DNA from: Octopus bimaculoides
Lineage: Eukaryota
Direction of reading: 5' to 3'
Length of the DNA: 41,745 nucleotides
NCBI RefSeq assembly: GCF_001194135.2
Contig: NC_068986.1
Location: forward strand, 2,154,499 to 2,196,243
Made by a program: the position numbers and the translations under genes. Positions 12,556 through 23,182 of this stretch are shown in pieces (within the stretch, counting starts at the first letter, position 1; each line of letters opens with the position of its first letter). The notes under the pieces were generated by a model. It had not been told where the DNA came from, made no database searches, and worked only from the letters and a program-made list of their open reading frames with translations.

Positions 12556-15500
12556 CTTTGTTTTGTTGCCACGATTTTATTATCTGATCTAACCAATCTT
12601 CAATATCAGATGGAATTTCTACGGAACTATTTTCTCGCCAGTCTGAAGTTTCTGCCAAATCGTTTCCACTGAATTCCATACTTTCTGCTATATCCAAGCT
12701 GTTCTCCGAATTTTGACCACTTTTTGACTCCTCATCATTCATACTTTCTGGACTGTTCATATAGGATGGAAGAAAGCAATTTTCATGCAAACCGAAGTGT
12801 CTAATGCTAGCCCTGTTGTCGCCATTTTCTTTGCAGCTAATGTTACTGAGGCAAAACGTTTTGAAAGCATTGCGGTGACAATTATTATTATTATTGTTAT
12901 TATTGTTATTGTTATTGTTGTTATTATTGCGGTCACCAAGTGTACTTTTCGAATCCGATGATATTTGATGCTGACATGGTACTGCATGTTCACTTTTTAC
13001 TATGTCTTCGGCTGCAAGTAGAGAGGGCAACGACATTGCTGTTGCTGGGGACGACGACGATGTGGATGATAATGATGATAACGATAGCGTTGACGACGAC
13101 GGTGAAGAAAGGGAAGCTGGTTTCGTTCTAAACCCGCTATTGTTGTTTTTACAGCTAAATCGCTGACACAGCATGAATTCGTTCGAAATTTCATTTTTGA
13201 TTACCGGTGAATTTGCTTTAACAGCATTGGCGGCGGCAACAGCATCATCATCAACAGCTGCAATGGACGAAGTTTGGATATTCAACGATGTTTCTGGAAG
13301 CTGGGTGTCTGAAGTGGACGAAACGCTTGCCATTTTAGATAGACTGGTTGTTAAGATATTCTCCAGCTCCTGCACAGATAAATCCGGAAGATGGCGTCTT
13401 AGTGAGGGAAGTCTCATTTTCGACAAATGCTTCCGCTTTGTAGCAATCTCGTCGAAAAACGTTTCCACCAGTTTTGGATCTATAACCGGAAGTTCCACTG
13501 CACGACGCGGTTGAAAATGCTGTTGCTGGCCAAAGCTACTGAATAAATTGATTTCATTACATAATGCTTGAACGTAATCACTGCCACCATTATTTGTATT
13601 TGTTTTATTGTTATTCACTTCGCATTTGGAGTTAGTGTGGCTGGTATTACAGCCGCTGCTACTATTACTACTACTACTGTTGCAGACACCATCAGGAATG
13701 CTACGCAATACACCATTGCTATTACTATTTGTACTACAGGAAGTATTACGATTTGATAAACCACAATTGTTTTCATTGTGCAAATTACACAACTTCTGAG
13801 ATTTCAGCGGCGGCTGCTGCTGCTGTACATATTGCTGGGAACGAATATCGTCTGTTAAAGGTGACTGGTGGGAGTTAGAATTTGCCAAACTGTCACTGTC
13901 TGTTGACATTTTCCGTTTTTTCTTCAGCTGCGCTATTGGTAAAGACAATAAACTCGATCTTGATGCTGATGAAGATGATGTAGGTGATAGGACAGTTTCC
14001 AAGGTTTCGTTTTCTGTGGTTGCCCCTTCATCTATCTTTTTTGTAATTGGTACCGTCGTTATTGATGCCGTGGTTAGCACCGTAGATGCTGTAGGATCTG
14101 CATTGTTGGCTGCCTTATTGATACTAACGTTTACTTCTCTGACTTTAGTTACAATAGTTTCGGTCTTTTGCAAGGTTAGATCTGGCGACGATGCGGGAGA
14201 AGGATCTGGAGTCAATATACCATCTGGAATAGCTGCTATTTCTAGTGGTGCTGTGAAAGTTTCCTCTGCCGAAGACTGCCAAAACGAGTAGTTGTAGTTA
14301 GTCAAAGTCTTAATGTCTAATTGCTTAAGCTGTTTGCTCTGACTTCCGGCCAATGCAGAGTTATGGTAATATATGGGAGTCAAACACTGAATTGGACCGT
14401 ACATACAACTACTTGAGGAGAAATCTAAGCCGGATGAAAGATCTCCATTGGAAGACGATAACGATGTCATTGATGATGAAGACGATGAAAGCAACGCTGA
14501 CGGTGATGAAAAAGAGGATGTATTAGACGAATTGGTATTGTATGTATAACCCCCTCCTCCGCCTCCACTTCCGACTAATAATTGACCTGTATAACCTCCT
14601 CCTGCACCCCCGAGTGCATTAATGGCGGACAGATAAAGATGTCCGTCGCTATGGCTGTTCTTATTGCTGTAACATGGCGACATGTGACGTCCTAGTTTAC
14701 GTGGATTACATTCTTGCATAGACGAGTCCTGATTGGTCGATTGCAGTTTTCTTTTAAGCGCCAAGACACCAATCGACTGACTTCTTTTGTTTTCGCTATT
14801 GTTCTGGCAGTTGCTGCGACCATTGTTACCACCACTGTTATTGTTACTACTATTGTTACCGCTGCTACTACTAATTGCATTGTTAGAATTATTCTTATTG
14901 CTCTCGCTGTGACTGTTATTCGCGTTCTGGATGTTGTTATTACTGTTGTTGTTGCTGTTACTAATAGCAGTTGTACTGTTAGCACTGTTACTGCTGCTGT
15001 TGCTGTTGGTGTTATAGTTATTGGCCATGACATTGTTATTGAGAATATGTGGTTGGGGTGATCTTTGTTGCTGCTGATTCTGAAGTAGTTGACTTGAGTT
15101 CCCGTTGCCACAGTTATTGCTGCTATTACTGTTGTTCTTGTTGTTATTGTTTTTGTTGCTGTTGTTGTTATTGCTGCTGCTGCTGCTGTTGTTGTTTCTA
15201 CTGCTGCTGTTGACGCTGCCGTGGCATCCTTTTGCAGCGTTTAGGATGTCGGTGCAGTTGTTTTTACTGCTGTTGTTTGTAGAGACTCCTCCTGAGTGTC
15301 TTGCGCTGTTGCTTGTACTATTCGCGATGGAATCCACACGGCTACCAGTTGTTTCTTGAAAGCAAGCCGAACTGCTGCTGCTGCTGCTACTGCTGCTGCT
15401 TACTGAGTCTATCAAAGGTTGGGCTTGTGAAGACGACGACGATGATGGTGGTGGCGGTGGTGGCGGCGGCGGCGGGAGTGTCGGTGGGAGTGGCGGTGGG

Positions 15501-16433
15501 AGTAGTTGAGAAACAGAAGAGTTAGCTTGATTCGTCAAATGTGACGGTAGTTGTTGCTGTTGCGCAGCAGACGATACTGAGGTGGATAAAGATGGCGGAG
15601 GTTGTAGAGGGGGTGGTGGTGGTAATGGCGGCGGTAATAATGTCTGTAGCTGTGGCTGCTGCTGCTGTTGTTGTTGTTGTTGTGGTGGTGGTGGTGGTGG
15701 TGGTGGCAGTGNNNNNNNNNNNNNNNNNNNNNNNNNNNNNNNNNNNNNNNNNNNNNNNNNNNNNNNNNNNNNNNNNNNNNNNNACGGTGGTGGTGGAAGT
15801 TGTGGCAGGGCGGGACCAGCCGATTGCCCTGTGTTCACATAACCGCATCCTCCTGTGGGTGCCATCTTAGGATAAGCTTGTAAAGGAATTCCGTAAGGAG
15901 ACAGATGCTGTTGCTGTTGCTGTTGATGTTGTTGTTGTTGTTGTTGCTGTTGTTGAAGATGATGATGATGATGATGATGATGGGGATGTGGCTGCGGATG
16001 AGAATGATGGTGTGGCGGAATCTGTTGGTGGCTAGTTTGCTGCTGGTGAAGGTGCTGGTGGTGCTGCTGCTGATGATGATGATGGTGGTGATGCGAAGAT
16101 GGATGCTGCTGTTGTGTCTGTTGCTGCTGCTGCTGATGATGATGATGTTGCTGCTGTTGCTGCTGCTGCTGGTGATGCGCATGTGAAGGGTGGAGGTGGT
16201 GATGGTGGTGATGGTGATGCCTATCTAGGCTAAATGTCGTATAGGCATGCGCCATCGGATCGTCGTAGACAATCTGCTGCATGTGTGGTGTCAGTAGGTC
16301 TTCCGGTTGTATGGAGGCTGCCATCGGATAGTAAGCAGCTCCAGGAGGTAGCATATCTATGGCGGGAACTTGTGTTGCGCAGGCCGTGGAATAGGCATAG
16401 GCTGGACCTCTTAACTGACAAGCCTCGTCCTCA
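12556..16433 (-). CDS. NPAS4: NPAS4-like giant C-terminal exon (3878 nt, 1292 full codons, phase 2 to 1); low-complexity transactivation region
   Basis: Acceptor ttccatctttctctag|T continues NQVI-N-EDEACQLRG in frame with ORF 12512..16354. It contains poly-H, Q, P, S, N and G tracts and an in-frame 72-N gap (15712-15783). The probable donor is AAAG|GTACAT at 12555; otherwise the frame reads through to TAA at 12512-12514. Confidence 0.87.
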
Positions 16434-16632
16434 CTAGAGAAAGATGGAATAACAAATATAAATAAATAAATAAATAAATAGACTTATTAGATTTTTTTTT
16501 TATTATATACTGTGGGCGTGGAGAGACATGGACGCATACAGAGAGAGAGAGAGACGAACATTAAGGGAGATTGTACGTTCGTTAAAACATGGATTTTTAA
16601 AAAATATTGGATTGGCTTTGAATGGCTGGATG

Positions 16633-16834
16633 GAAGAAGAAGAAGAAGAAGAAGAAGAAGAAGAAGAAGAAGAAGAAGAAGAAGAAGAAGAAGAAGAAGA
16701 AGAAGAAGAAGAAGAAGAAGAAGAAGAAGAACAAGAAGAAGAAGAAGAAGAAGAAGAAGAAGAAGAAGAAGAAGAAGAAGAAGAAGAAGAAGAAGAAGAA
16801 GAAGAAGAAGAAGAAGAAGAAGAAGAAGAAGAAC

Positions 16835-16909
<75 letters not shown>

Positions 16910-16923
16910 AAGAAGAAGAAGAA
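16633..16923 (+). repeat. (GAA)n microsatellite, 97 triplets with a few CAA/GAG/TAA interruptions
   Basis: Read directly. It is the source of the poly-E/K/R/L/S/F pseudo-ORFs. Confidence 0.97.
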
Positions 16924-17816
16924 TGATTCCTCGCCACCAAAAATAAATATAGATGTTTCTATCTAGTTTGGATTCTTTGCCATCAAATTTGAATTCTTTG
17001 CCATTAAATTTGAATTTTTGCAATCAAATTTGATTGCAAAGAATTCAAATTAGATTGAAAACATCTATATAAAGATGTCATCGGAGACTCTCTGTTATGT
17101 AACATGGTTGTTTTTATTCCATATTACGAAGTAACTAGAAGATTTGAGTTAAGCTCTTTAAGTCAATGAACCACTTGACAACGGTTACAGTGTGTGGCTG
17201 TTGTTTGCAGTGACATGGTTCAGTTTTTAGTGCCAGATCAGTCGAAGTCAAAGACGTTTTATTCGCTCTCACCACACATCTCCAACTACTCTATCAAATA
17301 TGTTCTTTTGTTTTTTGCTTTTATTTTGTTAAAGATAATACGATACTATTCGTGGGAGACTTATCTGTTATTGCTGTCGTTACAGCTCTATTGTTGAAGA
17401 TGATGATGATGATGATGATGATGGGGATGTGGCTGCGGATGAGAATGATGGTTGTTGACTAATTTCTCTGCCTCCCAAGCGTAATTTACCCAGTATTTCT
17501 GCTGTTCTAACAGCAATTCTGCGTTCGAAAAATATGATCGTCTTATTTGTATCGTACAATGCACATGTCGACGCTTTTAATAAAAAAAGCAAATATTTGT
17601 TTGTTTACATTCATATATATATATTACGTTTATGCATTTGTTTTGCAAGATTCTTGATATGAAATCGTGTATTGAAACAGATATTGTTATTCTTGGTGAT
17701 GGTAATATTCTGCCAATTTATAGTGCATGGGTTTAATTGGCTCAATATGGCCATCCCCGAGTATAACAATATAAATGCATGTTTTTAAAGAAACTATATG
17801 TGACATTTCATCTTAC

Positions 17817-17970
17817 TTGATTACTTGATTGACACACACCACGACAGGGTCGTCACTGTTGGCTAGTGCTTGCCTCACATGCATGACCATGTTAACCCAG
17901 ATATGTTGTCCGTTTGCCATGAGCATGCGCACTGTAAGCATACAACCCATTTCATGGCGAGACTTGATTA
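17817..17970 (-). CDS. NPAS4: NPAS4-like PAS-B/PAC exon (154 nt, phase 1 to 2)
   Basis: Acceptor ttcttttcag|TA and donor AA|GTAAGA. Translates (L)IKSRHEMGCMLTVRMLMANGQHIWVNMVMHVRQALANSDDPVVVCVNQVI, a PAC-like R-----G--IWV...I/VVCVNQVI pattern. Confidence 0.92.
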
Positions 17971-18269
17971 CTGAAAAGAAAGAAAGAAAAACGAAGAAAG
18001 AGAATAGTGTGATTATTTATTTAATGAGTTTCGCATGGTTCAAATATTCTGATACGTTAAATGAGGAGGAGAATGAGGAGGAGAATGAGGAGGAGCAACA
18101 TTTGTATCTTACTCAACCGTATTTGTTATGCTAATAAAGGGAAGTAAATCGTACCGGAAATACAAATAGTTGTCAGAAACTTATGAATAGATCTGAAGAG
18201 GGATGAAATTAAATGATGTAAAATATTGTATCTGGCTTTTTGATGCTTTTTTCCATTACTCTTAAAAAG

Positions 18270-18925
18270 AGTAATGTCAAATTCGGTGGAATTTGAACTC
18301 CGAACCTAAAGTGCTGTACCTAAATTCTACAAGCGTTTTGCACAATGCTCTACAAATTCTGCGAGTCTTCTACCAGATCTTGTTCGATGCTCTACTGATT
18401 GTGTCAGTCCACAGCCCAGAGCGAAAGAAGTTGGAAGAAATACTTCTAAACATTTTGTTCGACGTGCTCGGCGCCTTTGTTTTTATTATAGGTACAGGGC
18501 CTGAGATCTCCACCGAGATCGATTTTGTCTTTCATCCTTAAAATAAGTACCAGTGCTCAACTGGTATTTATTTAAGGATGAAAGGCAAAGTCGATCTCGG
18601 TGGAATTTGAACTAAGAACGTACAGACGACCGAAATGCTGCTAAGCATTCAATCCGGCGTGCTAATGACTCTGCCTGCTTTCCGCCATGATACCGCCTTA
18701 GTAATAATAATATTTGCTTATGACAACAGCATTTTGATTACTAATTTAGTCACAAGGTCAGCAAATTTTGATAGTATAGTTTGGATCAATTTCGTCGACC
18801 TAAAAACTGAGCAGCTAAGTAACTGAAAACATGAAAGAGAGAGTGTAGACCTCGTTGAGATTTAGATACAGAATGTAAAATATCACAACAAATTTCTACA
18901 GGGAGCTCTACCAATTCTGCCAAAA
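18270..18925 (-). mobile_element. Cluster of family A SINE fragments (18270-18365, 18554-18690 with fold-back, 18800-18925)
   Basis: Repeated ggaatttgaact / aaaggcaaagtcga / gatttagatacagaatg motifs are the reverse complement of family A. Confidence 0.7.
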
Positions 18926-18959
18926 TTTGTTGCGGGGTCGGGGGTCGAGAATATTAATC

Positions 18960-19166
18960 TCAAATTTTAGCTCAAGGCCAGAAACTTCGGGGAAGGAGGA
19001 AGGCTGATTATATCGAACCAAGTACTCAACTGGTACTTATTTTATCGATGTCGAAAGGATGAAAGGAAAAGTCGACCACGGCCCAATTTGAATTCAGAAC
19101 ATAAAGTCGGAAGAAATGCCGCTAAGCGTTTTGCCAGACCTGCTAACGATTCTGCTCGTCGCCTTT
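18960..19166 (-). mobile_element. Family A SINE, near full length
   Basis: Reverse complement of the family A sequence from the tail through GGCGACGAGCAGAATCGTTAGC. Confidence 0.85.
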
Positions 19167-19252
19167 GAGGAGTCGAGAAATATTGTCAATTGCATTCAAC
19201 ATTTGATACACGTTTGATATTCTAGAAGAGTAAAGAATGGAGATAAACTTAC

Positions 19253-19359
19253 ATTGAATATGTTTGGTTTGTCCTTCCCATATATCTTCAGGGTGTAAAA
19301 AGGAATACCAAGACTTGGAGATTATTTCTTCGCTCGAAAATCCCAAGTGAAATTCACCA
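19253..19359 (-). CDS. NPAS4: NPAS4-like PAS-B exon (107 nt, phase 2 to 1)
   Basis: Acceptor ctctttttatggtttcag|T and donor CAAT|GTAAGT. Translates (S)GEFHLGFSSEEIISKSWYSFLHPEDIWEGQTKHIQ, containing the SWY--LHPED PAS-B motif. Confidence 0.92.
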
Positions 19360-19453
19360 CTGAAACCATAAAAAGAGAAATTTCAAATAAATATACATAG
19401 AATTAAATATATTACATTTTCACATTAAATATATTACATTTGTACGTTTGTAG

Positions 19454-19614
19454 GAGCAGGCGTGGCTGTGTGGTAAGAAGCTTGCTTTTCAACCAGATGG
19501 TTCTGAGTTCAGTCCCACTGCGTGGCATCTTGGGTGAATATCTTTTACTATAGCTTCGGTTTGACTAAAGCCTTGTGAACCGATTTGATAGATGGAAACT
19601 GAAAGAAGCCCGTA
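19454..19614 (+). mobile_element. SINE-like family B (tRNA-like head GGCGTGGCTGTGTGGTAAGAAG...GAGTTCAGTCCC)
   Basis: A- and B-box-like head followed by the body ending GGAAACTGAAAGAAGCCCGT. A decayed relative lies near 37425-37530. Confidence 0.75.
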
Positions 19615-19619
19615 CTATA

Positions 19620-19735
19620 TATAAGTACCAGGCTTAAAATAAAAATGACTACTACGGTCGATCAATTCGACTAAAAATTCTTCAAGGTGGTGCCCTTGCA
19701 TGGCCGCAGTACAATGGCTGAAACAAGTAAAAGAT
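19620..19735 (-). mobile_element. Family C repeat fragment
   Basis: aagtaccaggctt...ttcgactaa...aaggtggtgc...gcatggccgcagt is the reverse complement of 36340-36420. Confidence 0.65.
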
Positions 19736-19959
19736 AAGGGATATGGAATCTGAGTGTAGAAGAAGGTGGAGATGGGCTAATGAGCCAACCAGCCAACCAA
19801 CCAACCAACCAATCAACTAGGGACCCTCTATGTGATCATTCGATCTGCTGGTAATAGCAACTTTATTTCCCTCAAAATACTATCTACCTTCTTTAAAATA
19901 GATGGATAGTGGATTAAGTACTAATCGAAAGAGACGTGATGGTCACGGCTGGAATGCAT

Positions 19960-20475
19960 TTAGAGATCAGAGGCTTCTTTGCCGGCGCCTGAGCAAGCAA
20001 CCCAGAACCTCGTAACCTCCGAGAAACTGTTTTGTGCGATACGTTGAGATCGGAAGTGGAGTTAAGCTCGCGGGATATCTCAGCAGCACTCTTAAACCTA
20101 TCCTTCAGTGGCATTCTAACCGTAATACGATCCTGTCTTGGTGAAGTTTTACGAGGTCTACCAGTTTTGGGTTCAGCATCTGTTGACCCTGATGACGTAA
20201 AACGAACTACGATTCGTTGCACAACACTTCTGGACTTTCCTACAGTAGTTGCTATCACAGAATTCAACTTGCCATCTTGGTGAAGGCACACAATCCTTTG
20301 TTTTTTATCACAGGACACCGGTCGTCTCTCACAAGCCGCTATGCTGACAATTGAATGTTCCAATAATGTAAGATCATAAGAACTAAGTTAGCCCATTAAC
20401 AGTCTTCTAAACAACAAATACCTCGGTTAGTAGTTCATTTTTTCTTTCTAAGTGACCCTTAACTTTTGGCCACTG
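19960..20475 (-). mobile_element. Truncated Tc1-like DNA transposon: left TIR plus N-terminal DNA-binding part of the transposase
   Basis: Minus-strand end begins CAGTGGCCAAAAGTTAAGGGTCAC, a Tc1-type terminus. The ORF at 19914..20363 encodes paired-like HTH segments (KQRIVCLH...SRSVVQRIV, GRPRKTSPRQDR, SAAEISREL, VSHKTVSRRL...PAKKPLIS) and then breaks off; there is no DDE domain. Confidence 0.85.
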
Positions 20476-20892
20476 CAATTCGGAAGATTGTTTATTTCCT
20501 CATAACTTAGGAAATATTTATTCCATTCACTTGAAATTTTCGTGAAAGACAGATATTAGATATATTTAAATATGTATAAAATATCTAGTCTCAACGTTTT
20601 GTTAATCTTCTATAATAACTATTTCAATACACTTGTTCTTACTGACCGTTATATCATGGTTGCACTGCGCATGCGTGTACGTACATTGGAGGTGACCTAT
20701 ATATACAAATGGTATTATATGATAGAATTTTCTGAAAGGTACGTGAATTGACGTAAAGACATAGGTCAAGTTTATTTTTTGTATCGTATTGACTTACAGA
20801 AGAGATCTAGGTAAACGGCCAGTCACGACTGGCTTCAATAAAAATTTATAAATGTTAACTTTCGTGCGCGTAAAGAACTTGTTTCAACTCAC

Positions 20893-21080
20893 CTGTGCGA
20901 TATTTCCAAGTAGGTCATGTCCAGACGGTGTGCCGACTTGAAAATCATAGTATCGCTGAGCAAAAGTGTATCTTTGCTATCAATAGTTATAAGGGGATAA
21001 CAAAATGAAGCGAACACTAATTGTTCCCCTCCTCGCTCTGGATCAGGAACTGCTACAAAATGGCCGCGGACGTGCATTGT
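20893..21080 (-). CDS. NPAS4: NPAS4-like exon, end of PAS-A and start of PAS-B (188 nt, phase 0 to 2)
   Basis: Acceptor ttttctctttcttaaccag|ACA and donor AG|GTGAGT. Translates TMHVRGHFVAVPDPERGGEQLVFASFCYPLITIDSKDTLLLSDTMIFKSAHRLDMTYLEISH; the F-S-H-LDM motif marks the start of PAS-B. Confidence 0.92.
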
Positions 21081-21282
21081 CTGGTTAAGAAAGAGAAAAT
21101 GAATAAAAATGAAAATAGAGAAACTTATAAATACGCGATGGAATGCTGCTCAGTTGCCACTGAAAGTGTGACAAACACATGTTGAATGAGTAACTCTGAA
21201 TATTTTGTGGTTCATCTCCAGCCTTTAACCGAGTGGCGTTTTACAAACTCTCCTCTACCGACATTTTACAAAACAATGTATG

Positions 21283-21284
<2 letters not shown>

Positions 21285-21366
<82 letters not shown>

Positions 21367-21580
21367 GATCTATCTATCGATCTATCTATCTTTGTATTTA
21401 TATAAACATAAAATCAATTTTCTTTTTGTTACTCCGTTACATTTCATTATTTCCTTCATTTTCCACGTCTTTTTCTTCAGTTCGTTCTATTCTCAAACCT
21501 TTCTGTTTTTACTACATTTTTTTCATCTTCCAAGGACTTCAAGAGGCAATTTTTTTATGTATGTGTATGAATGTGAGCAC

Positions 21581-21656
<76 letters not shown>

Positions 21657-21830
21657 GTGTGTATGTGTGAGTGTATTTATATGTATCTATGTATATATAT
21701 ATATATGCGTGCGTGTATGTATATTTGTGAGTATATATGTGTGTGTATATATATATGTATGTATATGTGTGTGTGTGTATGTCTTTGTGAGTGTGTGTGT
21801 GTTTGTGTGCGTGTGTTTTATTATTACTAT
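21285..21830 (+). repeat. (TATC)n and (TG)n/(TA)n microsatellite complex
   Basis: Read directly. Confidence 0.9.
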
Positions 21831-22469
21831 TATCTCATAAACATGACCAGATTCAAAGGCTGCGATAGTATTTATACGGAAAGCGTAATGGAAAAAAGTA
21901 AAATAAATAAATCAACAAACAAATAAACGACTTATCTGTTTATTTATTTCATTATTTATTTATTTCATTTCTCTCCATTTCCTTCTCCGTGTAAACACTA
22001 TCGTAACTTGCAGTTTACTCTCCTCCGATATGTACATCGGGGTTTTTCACCTATTTTTTGCATGTATTTATTTATCAGAGTCATTTGAATAAAAAAAAAA
22101 AACACAACAAAAATAGCAAAAGAAAAAAAAACAATGTCAGTAACAAAATATAAGCGAAAACAAGTTCGCATCTTCTCATTGGTTGTGGCTGTGAATTGTG
22201 TGTGTGTGCGTTTGTTTATATCTTTCACATGTGTATTGTAGAAACTGTTCTTTTGTTAAATTTTTTGTTGGTTTTTTTTTTGGTTTTTTTTTTTTTTGCA
22301 ATCTGCATCATCCCTAACTTGTAGTCACTTTTCTACTAAGTCCTTATTCATTTCTTTTATTTATTTTGCAATTTTTATATAGCATTTTTTTTCTCCGTGC
22401 ATGCAAGTCTCTTTTTTTTCCTTCCAACTTTCTTCACTACTCATGCTTGCATTTCGTCTCTCTCTCATC

Positions 22470-22473
22470 ATCT

Positions 22474-22536
<63 letters not shown>

Positions 22537-22860
22537 GTCTGTCTATCTATCTCTATATCTCTCTCGCTCTCTATCTATCTATCTATCTGTCTATCTATCT
22601 CTATATATCTCTCGCTCTCTATCTATCTATCTATCTACCTACCTAGGTAGCTAGCTAGCTCTTTGTCCTAAACATTTTTATATGCCCAAACTGACGCTTT
22701 CTTATCGTTTTTGCTTATGAAAACGCAACCGCATAAACATGCACAGAAACACTGTCTCACAAAAATAACAACACACTACTCTGTCACACACATAGACACA
22801 ATGAGCAAAACACACACACACAGACGCACGTTACACATGCGGTATAGAAAGCCAAGCAAA

Positions 22861-22954
<94 letters not shown>

Positions 22955-22965
22955 TAGATAGATAT
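22470..22965 (+). repeat. (TATC)n, (GA)n, (GACA)n and (GATA)n microsatellites
   Basis: Read directly; the last tract lies just downstream of the PAS-A exon donor. Confidence 0.9.
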
Positions 22966-22999
22966 GTCTGTAGGATTGAGCACAAAAAGTATGACTTAC

Positions 23000-23182
23000 T
23001 TTGACGTCACCAAAGCCTGATTGCCGTTTAACACTTCTCGACATATTCATCCGACAGAAGAAAGCTAATGGCTGTCCCGGAATTACATCCGTTCCCCCTC
23101 TTAAAAGCTGTGCCTGGACTGTAATGTGATCCCTTTTATCGATAATATCGAAAAGACTGTCCCCTTGAGTCTTCATATCCAC
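23000..23182 (-). CDS. NPAS4: NPAS4-like PAS-A exon 2 (183 nt, phase 0 to 0)
   Basis: Acceptor attttcag|GTG and donor AAA|GTAAGT. Translates VDMKTQGDSLFDIIDKRDHITVQAQLLRGGTDVIPGQPLAFFCRMNMSRSVKRQSGFGDVK, with the GDS-FDIID-DH and FFCRM motifs of PAS-A. Confidence 0.93.

Noticed and set aside
12757-16437. Many short ORFs on both strands overlapping the giant exon
   Set aside because: They are shadow frames of triplet-repeat coding sequence with no independent signals.
16487-17023. Poly-L, S, R, E, F and K ORFs
   Set aside because: These are six-frame readings of the (GAA)n microsatellite.
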